This document shows, piece by piece, positions 10,074 to 20,111 of a stretch of 37,851 nt of DNA. This stretch comes from Pseudooctadecabacter sp. (lineage in GTDB: Bacteria; Pseudomonadota; Alphaproteobacteria; Rhodobacterales; Rhodobacteraceae), in NCBI GenBank assembly GCA_020628265.1, contig JAHDFG010000001.1, positions 1 through 37,851 of the forward strand, given 5' to 3'. The notes below the pieces were generated by a model, which did no database searches, was not told the origin of the DNA, and saw only the letters and a list, made by a program, of their open reading frames with translations. The translations under genes and the position numbers were made by a program. The stretch's first letter is position 1; every line of letters begins with the position of its first letter.

Positions 10074-11050
10074 TGCTTCTGTTCCTTGGGCTGCATCAGT
10101 ACATTGAGGGCTGCGGCGCCGCCGTAGCGCAGCACCAGTGTTGCGCCGATCGTCGTGAGGGTTTTGATCGGCTCTTCGAACAAGGGCCGGAGCGAAATGC
10201 CGAGGGCCTCGCGTGTCATTTTTGCAGCGCGGCCTGCGTCGCGGTCACTGATGGCGCGACGGGCCAGATACCGCATCTGGTAGGCCCGTGCGGCATCCGT
10301 ATGGCGGGCGAAGAAATCAGGGTGCAGCGGGGCGAGTTTGGCGATCATGCGCTCCCACGCGGCCAGCTGTCGGTCGGTCGCGGCGGACAAGCCACCTGCG
10401 TTGATCCGGTAGCGGGTCAGAAGGCCTTGCACACCTTCGAAGATCCAGTCGGTGGTCAAGGCGATGCGCAGCCAGCATTCGATGTCTTCGGACTGACGGA
10501 AGGTTTCGTCGAAGTACCAGTCGCGGACCTTTTCGCTGCGCGGACGGTAGGCGATCTGATCAAAGACCTCGCGGCGGATGACCACGGCGGACCCGTTACC
10601 AATCGGGTTGCGTTTCAGGATATGTGCAGCCGTGATGTTATAAAGACGCGGACGTTGCGCAAGGCCGAGTGCGTTACCATCGTCATCCATCAGGGACGAA
10701 CCCGCGTAGCTGATGCCGACGTCGGGGTTGTCCAGCAGATGGTCAACGTGGACCGCCAGCTTGTTTGGCTCCCAGATGTCGTCGGCGTCGCAAAATCCGA
10801 TCGCGAGGCCACGGGCGGCAGCGATGCCAGTGTTGCGGGCGCCCGCAAGACCGCGGTTGCGTTGACGGATGATGGTGAGCCGCCGGTCGTCGGCATAGTC
10901 GGACAAAATGTCCTGCGTGCCGTCGGTAGAACCGTCGTCCACGACGATAATTTCAAAGTCCTTGAACGTTTGCGCCAGCAAGGCGTCGAGCGTTTCACCC
11001 AGGGTCGCTGCGACGTTGTAGGCAGGGACGATGATGGAAGCGGTAGGCAT
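10070..11050 (-). CDS. GT2-family glycosyltransferase
   Basis: SIIVPAYN, VVDDGSTD, GLAGARN, FCDADD, SED; start at ATG 11050 after GGAGAG. Confidence 0.9.
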   Translation of the reverse strand: MPTASIIVPAYNVAATLGETLDALLAQTFKDFEIIVVDDGSTDGTQDILSDYADDRRLTIIRQRNRGLAGARNTGIAAARGLAIGFCDADDIWEPNKLAVHVDHLLDNPDVGISYAGSSLMDDDGNALGLAQRPRLYNITAAHILKRNPIGNGSAVVIRREVFDQIAYRPRSEKVRDWYFDETFRQSEDIECWLRIALTTDWIFEGVQGLLTRYRINAGGLSAATDRQLAAWERMIAKLAPLHPDFFARHTDAARAYQMRYLARRAISDRDAGRAAKMTREALGISLRPLFEEPIKTLTTIGATLVLRYGGAAALNVLMQPKEQKQ

Positions 11051-11072
11051 AGGTCTCTCCAGAAAATGGGGG

Positions 11073-11993
11073 TCAGGCGAAGATCGCGCGTGTGAGTGCA
11101 GACGGCAGAAGCGGGGCCGCGAGAGCACCCAAAAGCGTCAGTGCCCCGCGTGAGGGCGAGTTGAAGAAGCCTTGCGGGCTGGCGCGAAGGCCTTGGGCGG
11201 CGAAACCCAATGCCGAAAGGCGGCCCTGACCCAGACGCAGGGCGCGGCGGGCAAGGTAGCGGAAGTAGACCGCGTCGGCGCTGGCTGTGACCTGCACCCC
11301 GAAGGACTTGGCGGTCTCGATGGCAGCGGTGCGTCCGGCCAGCATGGCGGGCAAATCGCTGGACAGGCCACCGGTGCTTGCGCGGTAGTAGGTCTGAAGG
11401 CTGTTCAATCCGACGACACGGGCACCGCCACCAACAAGCCGGATCAACCAGTCCAGATCTTCGTTGTAGACCATGGTTTCGTCAAAACCGCCGGTCGTGC
11501 GGAACTGGTTCGTGCGGACCGCGACATTCGACATCGTGCAGACGGGGTTTTCGGCCAGCAGCATCTCGATGGTCAGATCGCCGCTTGGCACCGTCGAGAC
11601 GGTCGAGATTTCGGCAGGATTTGTCTTGAAGAACGCGATCTGGCCGTAGACAGCATCAACCGTTTTGTCGGCAAAAGACGTGGCCAGTTCGGCCAGCTTC
11701 GTCGGGCTCCAGATGTCGTCGGCGTCGCAAAAGGCGATCACTTGGCCCATCGCCCAGTCGCGCGCGCCGAGGTTGCGGGCGGCGCTGGGGCCCTGACGTT
11801 CGCTGACACCCAGTTGGATGCGGCTGTCGGCGGCGGCATAGGTTTCGATGACGGCGCGGGTGTTATCGGTGGAGCCGTCGTCGATGCACAGGACCTCCCA
11901 GTTGCCGTGTGTTTGGGCCAGAATGGCGTCCAGAGTTTCGGGCAGGGTGGCAACCGCGTTGAAACAGGGAATGATGATGGAGAACTGTGTCAT
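11073..11993 (-). CDS. GT2-family glycosyltransferase
   Basis: SIIIPCFN, IDDGSTD, GPSAARN, FCDADD, NED; start ATG 11993 overlaps the flippase stop. Confidence 0.9.
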   Translation of the reverse strand: MTQFSIIIPCFNAVATLPETLDAILAQTHGNWEVLCIDDGSTDNTRAVIETYAAADSRIQLGVSERQGPSAARNLGARDWAMGQVIAFCDADDIWSPTKLAELATSFADKTVDAVYGQIAFFKTNPAEISTVSTVPSGDLTIEMLLAENPVCTMSNVAVRTNQFRTTGGFDETMVYNEDLDWLIRLVGGGARVVGLNSLQTYYRASTGGLSSDLPAMLAGRTAAIETAKSFGVQVTASADAVYFRYLARRALRLGQGRLSALGFAAQGLRASPQGFFNSPSRGALTLLGALAAPLLPSALTRAIFA

Positions 11994-13228
11994 GAGGTCA
12001 CCTTTTGGGAAGAAGTGGCAAGGACAGGGCCCAGAGCCAGCGCTGTCGCGGCAAGCATCAGGCCGGTCATGACGGCGGCATAGCCGGTCACGATGGCGGT
12101 CAGACCCATGGAGCCGAACCAGATGGCGTTGGCCACGGCCGAGACAGCCAGAACGGTGGTTGCGAAAAGCTCCAGATCGGGGCGGCCTTGGGACCGCAGC
12201 CAGCCAGCTGCCGTGGCCCACAGTGTCGTGGGGATCGCCAGCAGGCAGAGGATCTGCACCATGGGTGCGATACCGGCCCATCCGTCACCCAGCAGCAGCG
12301 GGACATAAACAGGGGCCAGCAAGGCTTGCAGTACAACAACGGGGCCAATGATGCCGACACCGACGGACAGGGACTGGCGCATTGATGCGACACGGTCCTT
12401 GGACTGCACCAACATCGGGAAAAGGACCTTGGAGAAGGCTGTGGTAAAGGCGTTGGACAGGCTCAGACCTGCGTTGAAGGCCATGAAGTAAAGGCCAAGC
12501 GTTTCCGCACCCAAGGTGGCGCCGACGACAAGCTTGTCGGCCTGCAGCCGTGCAACTTTGACCACTTCTATACCCACAACGGCCCAACCATACTGAACAA
12601 ACGGGGCAAGCGGTGCGAAGCTGTCGCCTTTGGGCGTCCACGGGTGCAGACGGCGGACCGCGATCAGCCAGATCGGCGCAGACAGGACGCGGGGCAGGAC
12701 CAGTGCAATTGCGGAAGGCCAGATCAGGACCAGCAAGATGGACATGACATTGGCACCGACCACTTGCGCACCGGAAATGGCTGCCGTTTGCTTCAGTTTG
12801 CCCGCCCGCATCGCAAGCGCGACCTGGACCAGTCCGGCTGGCATAAAGAGATATTCAAGACCCATCAGCAGGATCAGGCCTACCAGCAAGGGATCGGCTC
12901 CAGCAAAATACATCACACCTGCGATGGCGGCTTGAAGGCCGAACAGGCCAACACACCAGACCCAGAAAATGCGGTGTGCTGTCTTGCAGGCGGCGTCCAG
13001 CATATCGTCGCGTGCGGCGATGATGCGTTGTCCGACACCGTTTTCTGTCAGCGCTTTCAGAATGTCGCCTGCCGCAATCGCCGCAGCGGCGATACCGACA
13101 GCTTGCAGATCAAGCATGCGTGCGACGGCGACCACCACCAGCAGTCGGGAGGCTTTGGCCGCAACTTCGGAGGCGCCATATGCGGCGAGGTTGGCGGCGA
13201 ATGTCTTGGTGTTTGCAATATGCGTCAT
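11990..13228 (-). CDS. wzx: Wzx-like oligosaccharide flippase
   Basis: Polytopic membrane protein; ADKLVVG..LG...LGLY and KVLFP motifs of the polysaccharide transporter family; inside EPS locus. Confidence 0.82.
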   Translation of the reverse strand: MTHIANTKTFAANLAAYGASEVAAKASRLLVVVAVARMLDLQAVGIAAAAIAAGDILKALTENGVGQRIIAARDDMLDAACKTAHRIFWVWCVGLFGLQAAIAGVMYFAGADPLLVGLILLMGLEYLFMPAGLVQVALAMRAGKLKQTAAISGAQVVGANVMSILLVLIWPSAIALVLPRVLSAPIWLIAVRRLHPWTPKGDSFAPLAPFVQYGWAVVGIEVVKVARLQADKLVVGATLGAETLGLYFMAFNAGLSLSNAFTTAFSKVLFPMLVQSKDRVASMRQSLSVGVGIIGPVVVLQALLAPVYVPLLLGDGWAGIAPMVQILCLLAIPTTLWATAAGWLRSQGRPDLELFATTVLAVSAVANAIWFGSMGLTAIVTGYAAVMTGLMLAATALALGPVLATSSQKVTS

Positions 13229-13323
13229 GGGATAACTCTCGTTTGGTCGCCCCTGTTGTGACGTCTTGTGCGGTAAAAGTCGCGGACGCGGATGGGGAGG
13301 CCCTGTTCGCAATGGCGCGGAAG

Positions 13324-13341
13324 CCTATCCATCAGGATAGG
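13324..13341. promoter_or_regulatory. EPS-locus palindromic box, copy 1 (wzx / wza divergent promoter)
   Basis: CCTATCC-ATCA-GGATAGG, perfect 7-4-7 inverted repeat. Confidence 0.75.
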
Positions 13342-13427
13342 TTAACTCGCCTGCTGCACTGTCGTTGCCACGACGCTGTTTCGAATAGTAAGACTGTAGA
13401 AACCGATTTGGCGTTGAAAGGCCTTCC

Positions 13428-14651
13428 ATGTTCAGAACCATCACGAACACCGGACTTATTGGCGCTTTTGTGGTGTCTTCGGCCTGTGCCAGCTACGACC
13501 CGCCCGACAATATCGAACCGATTGCCCAAGGAGACGGGTATCAGGCGCAATACCGCGAACCGCACGTCACGCGAGAGAACGCGGACTTTCTTCGATCCGC
13601 CGAAATGAACGCCGCTAAATGTCTTCCCTACGGGGCAGGCGAGGGCGGTGAAGGATCGGGCAAGGGATCGACTGTGGCCGCGGTCTCCCTGCGCGGCGAA
13701 CTGCTGTCCCGCAACGACCTTTTGAACGTTCGCATTGCAGAGGACGAAACATTCAATGGCGATTACGTCGTTTCGCGTGATGGCACCCTGAAGCTGCCCT
13801 TCCTTGATCCGATCCGGGCTGAGGGCCGTTCCACCGATCAGGTTGAGGCGGATATTGCTGCAGCGCTGTTGCGAGAGGAGTTCTATTCCAGTCGGCCGCG
13901 TATTTCTGTGCGCGTGGCTGATTTTGCCTCTGTCAACGTCGCGGTTTCAGGAGCGGTCTTTGAAGCGCATTCGGTGCAAATTGGCGGCGTGCGAGGGGAC
14001 ACAATTGACGACCGGCGACAGGGTGCGATGGGGGCATCCAACGAAGGCCGGAACCTGTCAGCGGCCCTGCGCGCTGCTGGCGGTGTGCGGCCGGATGCCG
14101 ATATCTCGTCGGTTGAGGTCCGGCGTGGATCCGATGTCTACAGGTTGGACATGCGCGGTGTGTTCGAAGGCCAGAACGCGGTCGATATCATGCTGATTAC
14201 CGGGGATGAGGTCTTTGTGCCGTCCCGCCAGTGTTTTCAGGATGATCTGATGCGGCCCAGCCCTATCAGCCCGCCTGGTGTCAGCCTGTTTTTGTCCAAC
14301 CTCACACAGCCTGCAACGGATAACGCAAGTTCTGCCATCGGTCAGACCGTGCGCGAGGTGCCATATGGGACGCGCTATATGCAGGCTGTGATTGATTCAA
14401 ACTGCGTCGGTGGTCCGCGCAGCACAAGTGCTGACCGGTCTGCGGTGCTCTTCTCGCGCAATCCGGTGACCGGCGTGTCCGTGGTGATCGAGCGTGACAT
14501 CGAGGATCTGCTACGCCGCGCGGACCGCGATGACTATGACCCGTATCTGCTGCCGAACGATTCAATCGCCTGTTACGACAGCACGATCACCAACATCGCG
14601 GAGATCGGCCGCGTGATTGGCATTGTGGGCGCGGTTACTCTTGGTCGCTAG
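13428..14651 (+). CDS. wza: Polysaccharide biosynthesis/export lipoprotein (Wza/OPX, SLBB domains)
   Basis: Lipoprotein-like signal ending at Cys; VSRDGTLKLPFL..IRAEG poly_export motif; SLBB-like ALRAAGG and LITGDEVFVP. Confidence 0.82.
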   Translation: MFRTITNTGLIGAFVVSSACASYDPPDNIEPIAQGDGYQAQYREPHVTRENADFLRSAEMNAAKCLPYGAGEGGEGSGKGSTVAAVSLRGELLSRNDLLNVRIAEDETFNGDYVVSRDGTLKLPFLDPIRAEGRSTDQVEADIAAALLREEFYSSRPRISVRVADFASVNVAVSGAVFEAHSVQIGGVRGDTIDDRRQGAMGASNEGRNLSAALRAAGGVRPDADISSVEVRRGSDVYRLDMRGVFEGQNAVDIMLITGDEVFVPSRQCFQDDLMRPSPISPPGVSLFLSNLTQPATDNASSAIGQTVREVPYGTRYMQAVIDSNCVGGPRSTSADRSAVLFSRNPVTGVSVVIERDIEDLLRRADRDDYDPYLLPNDSIACYDSTITNIAEIGRVIGIVGAVTLGR

Positions 14652-17139
14652 GCGAAGCGTTGTTCAGGTGTTGGCGGGTGGCCTCACCTTTCGTCCGAGC
14701 CTCTGTCAGCAGGTTATCAATCTTTGAATGATCGCCCGCCTTGGCCGCTTGCTCCAGCGTGAGCAAGGCTTCCCTGAAGCCCGTTGCGCCGAACACAGCA
14801 GCTGCGCCCGCAACCTTGTGGGCCTCTTTCGCCAGTTCGTCCGCGGGGCGTTCGGGGGTGGCCCAGGCCATGAAGTCTGCGGCTTCGGTGTCGAACTTCG
14901 AGAGTATCGTCGCAAAACCGTCAGTGCCCAACATCTCTAGCGTTTCTCGCAAGTGTGCCTGATCGATATCAGAGACCGCATGGGATTGATGATCTGGCTG
15001 ATTGGTCCGGCCAAGAACCGTGCGCAGCGCGTCTCTTGAGAGAGGTTTGGTCAACACGTCTTCCATCCCATGAGCTAGAAAATCAGCACGTTCTTCAGGC
15101 AGAACGTTGGCCGTAAGGGCGACAATGCGGGTGTCCTTGGACGCGCCGTTGCCCTCCTTGATGCGGGTTGTGGCCGCCCGTCCGTCGAGAACCGGCATCG
15201 AAATATCCATCAGGATCAGATCAAAGCGTTCCGCGTTTGACGCGACGACGCCCTCGTGGCCGTTCACGGCTTCGGTGACGTGATGACCGTCCGCCTCGAG
15301 CATGCTTCGAACGACAAACCGGTTAATGTCATTGTCCTCGACGACCAGAATACGCTGTTGGGGCAGGGGAGCCATTGTTGTATGCACCTCATCTTTGGGC
15401 TGTTCGGGCTTGGCGGCTGTTGCAGGCAGTTCCACCGTAAAGATGGAGCCTTCTCCTTCGGTGCTGGAGACGGTGATGCGGCCATGCAAGGCCTCAACGA
15501 ACCTTTTTACAATGCTCAGGCCAAGGCCGGTTCCGCTTACCTCACGGTCATAGGACGTGTTTCCAGTGACAAAATCTTCGAAAATATGATCGATCATGTC
15601 TTCGCTGATCCCGATGCCCGTGTCTTCGATTTCGATGGTCAGCAGATTGATCGCCCATTTGACGGTCACAGAGACGCGGCCGCCCTTGGTGAATTTCACC
15701 GCATTGCCCACGAGGTTCATCAGCACATGCTGCAACCGGTCCGGGTCGCCGTTGATCCAGTTCTGCGGCTCACCTGCCCATCCCCAATCAAGACTGGTGT
15801 TCTGAGCAAGGGCCATCCCGCTTTGGCTGTCGACAATGTCCTGCAACAGGGCAGAAAGGTTCAACGGTTCGGATCGTGCGCTGATCCGGCCACTGTCATA
15901 GCGCGCAATATCAAGCACGTCTGACACATGGCTCAGCAGAAGGCGTCCGGACGTTTCCATGTTGCGCAGATAAGTATCCTGAATAGCGCTGAGCGGCGTG
16001 TCCCGCATCAGAGTCATATTGCCCAACAGGCCGTTGAGCGGCGTGCGGATTTCATGGCTCATGGTTGCAAGGAATTCGGACCGCGCTTGTTCGCCGGCAA
16101 TGGCCTTGTCACGTGCTTCGATCAACTCCGCCTCGTCGGCGACCCGTTGGGAAACATCCCGCAGAAAAGCGATGAAGATATCGCCGTCGTCGGTGGTGGC
16201 GGATTGAATGGCGAGTTCCACGGGAAAGATGGAGCCGTCCGACCGCTTTGCTTCCAGCTGGACACGGCCCTTGCCAACGACGCGCTTCTCACCGCCGCGC
16301 CGCATCCGTTCCATGCCGGCGTCGTGAAGTTCGCGCAGGTGATCCGGCACGATGATCTGGCCCAGTTCTTTGCCCACGACGTCCTCGGCCTTGTGACCGA
16401 AAATCGTCTCGGCAGCGCCGTTGAAGTCCGTGATCCGCCCGTCGCTGTTGCTTACGATGACGCCGTCAAGGGAGGTGCTCATGATTGTGTTGATCCGCGT
16501 GGCGGTCTGGGCCTGCTCGTCCTCGCGGCGAGCGATGGTCAGGTTCAAGCGGTTGAGGTAGATGACGCCAAAACCCAAGGCCGAAATCAGCGCGGCCACG
16601 GCGATGGCCAGCTGTGTCATGGTCCGCGCGACGGCTTCGCGTTGTTCGTCTGCTCTTTCCGCAAAAAGACGAAGTCCCGAGTTTGAAAGGGACCGGATGT
16701 GGGGGCGAACGTCCTGCGACATAGCCGCCAAGGTGGGCAATTGAGCAGTTAAATTGATATCATCTGAATCGATGATCGGAACGGTTTCTTCGAGAAAGGC
16801 TTCGATCTCGGTCAGGTGTTCGATGAATTCCTCGCTCTCACGAAGCGAGCCAAATACTTGCGCGCTACGGACTGTTCTGATCCGGCTGTAGAACACATCA
16901 AACCGTCGCCGTACCGACGCAAGGTCCGCGCCAATGCGCGACCTGCTCGAAAATTCCTGAAACTCGACCTCAACTTGGGAAAGCGCCCATTGGACGTTGT
17001 CAGACTGGGCCGAACCCTGCTCTCGGATTTCGCGTGCGACATTCCACGTTAGAAACGCGATGGCGAAAATACTGATCAGGCCGGCCAACACAGCAAGTGT
17101 GCGGCCGGCCTTCAGGTGCCCGTGAGTGTTGGTTGGCAC
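14635..17139 (-). CDS. Hybrid sensor histidine kinase (2TM periplasmic sensor-PAS-HisKA-HATPase-REC-Hpt)
   Basis: H-box SHEIRTPLNG, NLVGNAVKF, DTGIG, GTGLGL; REC DLILMDISMP; Hpt AHKVAGAA; PAS MSTSLDGVIV..FNGAAETIFG; GTG start with GGGAGG RBS. Confidence 0.92.
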   Translation of the reverse strand: MPTNTHGHLKAGRTLAVLAGLISIFAIAFLTWNVAREIREQGSAQSDNVQWALSQVEVEFQEFSSRSRIGADLASVRRRFDVFYSRIRTVRSAQVFGSLRESEEFIEHLTEIEAFLEETVPIIDSDDINLTAQLPTLAAMSQDVRPHIRSLSNSGLRLFAERADEQREAVARTMTQLAIAVAALISALGFGVIYLNRLNLTIARREDEQAQTATRINTIMSTSLDGVIVSNSDGRITDFNGAAETIFGHKAEDVVGKELGQIIVPDHLRELHDAGMERMRRGGEKRVVGKGRVQLEAKRSDGSIFPVELAIQSATTDDGDIFIAFLRDVSQRVADEAELIEARDKAIAGEQARSEFLATMSHEIRTPLNGLLGNMTLMRDTPLSAIQDTYLRNMETSGRLLLSHVSDVLDIARYDSGRISARSEPLNLSALLQDIVDSQSGMALAQNTSLDWGWAGEPQNWINGDPDRLQHVLMNLVGNAVKFTKGGRVSVTVKWAINLLTIEIEDTGIGISEDMIDHIFEDFVTGNTSYDREVSGTGLGLSIVKRFVEALHGRITVSSTEGEGSIFTVELPATAAKPEQPKDEVHTTMAPLPQQRILVVEDNDINRFVVRSMLEADGHHVTEAVNGHEGVVASNAERFDLILMDISMPVLDGRAATTRIKEGNGASKDTRIVALTANVLPEERADFLAHGMEDVLTKPLSRDALRTVLGRTNQPDHQSHAVSDIDQAHLRETLEMLGTDGFATILSKFDTEAADFMAWATPERPADELAKEAHKVAGAAAVFGATGFREALLTLEQAAKAGDHSKIDNLLTEARTKGEATRQHLNNASPSDQE

Positions 17140-17180
17140 ATTAGCCTCCCGTCATGTCTGATCTGTTCCCATAATTGGGG

Positions 17181-17696
17181 TTACTCGACGACTGAAATTC
17201 TGTCGAGTTGCCAGATGCTGCGGGAGTAGATGACCTCAGTCCGGTAATCGCTAGATGAATCGTACGGATAGATGACCCACAGTGGGCCTTTGTCACGAAC
17301 GGACATCTCTTCACCGTTCAGGGTCATTGCAATGATCGGGCCGCCTTCGACAGCGTCCTCGACCGGAATTTCGACGGCGTAGTCATTGATGGCAGTGGCG
17401 CTCAAGATGCCGTCGGACAGGCCCATCATTTCTACAAGGTTCACCAAAGGCACACCTTCGAAAGTCTGTGGACCTTCGGTCCAGATTGTCGTTGTCTCGA
17501 TTGTTTCCATGCCAAGTGCCGCAAGTGTGTCGCGGTCGAACTGGATGGTGTCGCCGACATTTGCGGCTTCAGGTGCACCAGATACCGTGAGGATGACGTC
17601 CCCGCTGGGGGAGGGAACGTCATCCGCACGGACCGCCCCCGCTGTGGTCAAGACCACGCATGTAGCGGCAGCGAAAGCGAAGAAACGTGTGAACAT
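17181..17696 (-). CDS. PruR-like periplasmic pterin-binding protein (degenerate molybdopterin-binding/sulfite oxidase fold)
   Basis: Sec signal (AVRA/DD); TTTIW, FEGVPL, AINDY, RDKGPLWVIYP and RSIWQL motifs; no Cys in the mature protein; directly upstream of a 2TM sensor. Confidence 0.7.
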   Translation of the reverse strand: MFTRFFAFAAATCVVLTTAGAVRADDVPSPSGDVILTVSGAPEAANVGDTIQFDRDTLAALGMETIETTTIWTEGPQTFEGVPLVNLVEMMGLSDGILSATAINDYAVEIPVEDAVEGGPIIAMTLNGEEMSVRDKGPLWVIYPYDSSSDYRTEVIYSRSIWQLDRISVVE

Positions 17697-17761
17697 GACA
17701 AACTCCATTAGTTGCTACAGAACGTTTGACACAAAGACCGTTCTTTCGCTTGTGGGTATCG

Positions 17762-17788
17762 GGATAGGCACCTACCCGAAGGGATAGG
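17762..17788. promoter_or_regulatory. EPS-locus palindromic box, copy 2, plus an extra half-site (upstream of pruR-like/kinase)
   Basis: CCTACCC-GAAG-GGATAGG at 17771-17788; additional GGATAGG at 17762-17768. Confidence 0.7.
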
Positions 17789-17797
17789 TTTTTTCAG

Positions 17798-18685
17798 TTA
17801 AGCCGAAATTTTCTGAGGTTCGGCGCGCGCTTCGATGAATGCGGAGAAGTCCGTTGAGAGGTCGGATCGCGCCAATGCAAAGGCTGCGGTTGCCTGCACA
17901 AACCCCTGAATTGAGCCACAATCGAACCGTTCTCCATCAAACTGGAAACCGGACAGACCAGCTGATGAGGCGTCTGCGTTGATGGCATCCGTGAGTTGCA
18001 GTTCGCCGCCCGCACCTGGGCCGATATTTGCGAGCGTTTCGAACACGGACGGCTGCAGAATGTAGCGGCCAACAACAGCTTGGGTGGATGGTGCCACATC
18101 GGGGCGCGGTTTTTCGACCATGCCGCGGGCTTGCAGAACACGACCCTTCTGGTTTTCGACGTCAAGCACGCCGTAGGAGGCAACAGCAGGGCGCGGAACA
18201 TCCATTGTTGCGACCATGTGGCCGCCGACGCGGGCATGAGCGTCCACCATTTGGGCCAGAACCCCTTTGCGCGACATGATCACATCATCGGGGAGCAGGA
18301 CGGCGAACGCTTCGTCGCCCACAAGATGGCGTGCCTGACGGACCGCGTGGCCGAGGCCCAGGGCCTGACGTTGACGGACGATGGTCAGAGCACCCTCGGG
18401 CATACGGGTGGGTTCCAGTGCCTTGAGGGCATCCGTCTTGCCTTTTGCTTTCAAAGACATCTCAAGGGCAGCCGCGGTGTCGAAGTAGTCTTCCAGCGCG
18501 CCCTTACCGGCGGCAGAGACGAAGATGAACTCTTCAATGCCGGCCTCGCGGGCTTCATCAATGGCGTATTGGATCAAGGGCCGATCAACGAGAGGCAGCA
18601 TCTCTTTGGGGACGGACTTGGTGGCGGGCAGAAAACGGGTGCCCATACCAGCGACGGGGAAGACGGCTTTGCGGATCGGTTTCAT
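17798..18685 (-). CDS. galU: UTP--glucose-1-phosphate uridylyltransferase
   Basis: KAVFPVAGMGTRFLPATKSVPKEML, LGLGHAV, VEKP, GELQLTDA. Confidence 0.95.
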   Translation of the reverse strand: MKPIRKAVFPVAGMGTRFLPATKSVPKEMLPLVDRPLIQYAIDEAREAGIEEFIFVSAAGKGALEDYFDTAAALEMSLKAKGKTDALKALEPTRMPEGALTIVRQRQALGLGHAVRQARHLVGDEAFAVLLPDDVIMSRKGVLAQMVDAHARVGGHMVATMDVPRPAVASYGVLDVENQKGRVLQARGMVEKPRPDVAPSTQAVVGRYILQPSVFETLANIGPGAGGELQLTDAINADASSAGLSGFQFDGERFDCGSIQGFVQATAAFALARSDLSTDFSAFIEARAEPQKISA

Positions 18686-18731
18686 GGGGGAACTCCTTTA
18701 TCGGAACGAAGGGGGAAGGGGGAAGGGGGGG

Positions 18732-20111
18732 TTAGTGGGCGCCACGACCGGAGAGGACGGCGCGGAAGGTCATTGCGATCAGGATGAGGTCGAGGAGGAT
18801 CGTGCGGGACGCCGCATAGGCGAGATCCATGTCGACCATCTTCTCGAACCCGATTTCGGCGCGGCCAGAGACCTGCCAGACACCGGTGATGCCGGGCTTT
18901 ACGGCCAAGCGGCCGTAGGCGCGCGGCGGATAGGCTGCAACCTCGGAGGGCAGCGCGGGGCGGGGGCCGACGATCGACATCTCGCCGCGCAGGACGTTGA
19001 TGATCTGCGGCAGCTCGTCGATCGAGAACCGGCGGATGAAGCGGCCAACGCGGGTGATGCGCGGGTCTGATTTGGACTTGAAGCAGATGCCCTCGCGGTC
19101 GGAGGTCTTGAGGAGGGAGGCGCGGCGGGCTTCGGCGTCTTGGGACATGGAGCGGAACTTCAGCATGCCGAATTCGGTGCCGTCTTTGCCGACGCGCATC
19201 TGCCGGAAGAAGACAGAGCCACGGCTGTCCAATTTGATCGCAATGGCGGTTGCGGCAAACAGAGGCGAGAGGAGGACCGCCGCCGTGCCAGCAACCGCCA
19301 CATCAAGCACACGGCGCAGGACGGAGGCTGTCGTCAACTGCCCGGCCGCCAAACGTGCGGCCCGTGCCAGAAAGGTGAAATTGCCAATCAGGTATCTTTT
19401 TGCCATGCGGCGGGGTTCAAGACCCAGACGCCACATCCATTCGCCGCCCATCTTGCGCAGCGCCTTTGGCGCGCGGGAGACATTGCCGGCCAGAAAGTCA
19501 AATGCTGCGCCGACACCCATCGTCAGATCGGCATGCAGGTGGTGCGCGTTACGCTGCAGCCAAAGGTCCTGCATGGGAACGCCCATTGCGACCAGTACAA
19601 TGTCCGCGCGGCTGGCGTTGATGTCAGCGATGACAAGCTCTTCGTTGCGGGCCTGCTCGTAGCCATCAAGGGTTCCGACAACGCGAAGCCCGGGGTTCTG
19701 GATCGTCAGGGCGAGGGCTGCTGCTGCGGCTGTGCCGGGTGTGCCGCCGAGGAGGAAGACAGATTTGCCTCGCTTGGCAGCTTCGGACATCAGGGCAGGC
19801 ACGAGGTCGGTGCCGTTGAGGTTCGCGGCGAGCTTCTTGCCGACCATCTTGGATGCGATCGCAACACCGGACCCGTCGGGCAACAGGACATCTGCGGAGT
19901 GGATCGCGGCAGCATAGTCACGATCCTGCGCCATCACGTTGAAGCAATGCGCATTCATAAAGGCCACGCGGCGGCGCCCTTGGGAGAGCAGTGCCTTGAC
20001 GGTTTGGCCCAGCGGGGCATCGACCAGCGAAACCTGCAAGGAAGGGATATAGGTCTGCGGAAGGGCCTGAACTGGTGTCATGACGCCAGTGAATTTCGAG
20101 ATCATAGTCAT
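18732..20111 (-). CDS. Fusion of WecB/TagA/CpsF glycosyltransferase and bacterial sugar transferase (initiating phosphoglycosyltransferase)
   Basis: N-half NAH, LPDGSG, NGTDL, VAMGVPMQD, EWMWRL..EPRR; C-half KFRSM, DPRITRVGRFIRRFSIDELPQ, GEMSIVGPRP, KPGITG.WQV. Confidence 0.88.
   Translation of the reverse strand: MTMISKFTGVMTPVQALPQTYIPSLQVSLVDAPLGQTVKALLSQGRRRVAFMNAHCFNVMAQDRDYAAAIHSADVLLPDGSGVAIASKMVGKKLAANLNGTDLVPALMSEAAKRGKSVFLLGGTPGTAAAAALALTIQNPGLRVVGTLDGYEQARNEELVIADINASRADIVLVAMGVPMQDLWLQRNAHHLHADLTMGVGAAFDFLAGNVSRAPKALRKMGGEWMWRLGLEPRRMAKRYLIGNFTFLARAARLAAGQLTTASVLRRVLDVAVAGTAAVLLSPLFAATAIAIKLDSRGSVFFRQMRVGKDGTEFGMLKFRSMSQDAEARRASLLKTSDREGICFKSKSDPRITRVGRFIRRFSIDELPQIINVLRGEMSIVGPRPALPSEVAAYPPRAYGRLAVKPGITGVWQVSGRAEIGFEKMVDMDLAYAASRTILLDLILIAMTFRAVLSGRGAH

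Noticed and set aside
11073-12281. Long N-terminal extensions in the ORF track (also 15, 6072, 11128, 13312, 20177, 21042, 26344, 32351, 34965)
   Set aside because: Downstream starts have better RBS or stop-start coupling and match where family homology begins.
14635-14651. 17-nt 3' overlap of the convergent wza and kinase genes
   Set aside because: Short convergent overlaps are common and imply no special function.
17181-17696. Active molybdopterin oxidoreductase (MsrP/YedY-like)
   Set aside because: No twin-arginine signal, no Mo-ligating Cys in the mature protein, and no partner heme-membrane subunit gene.
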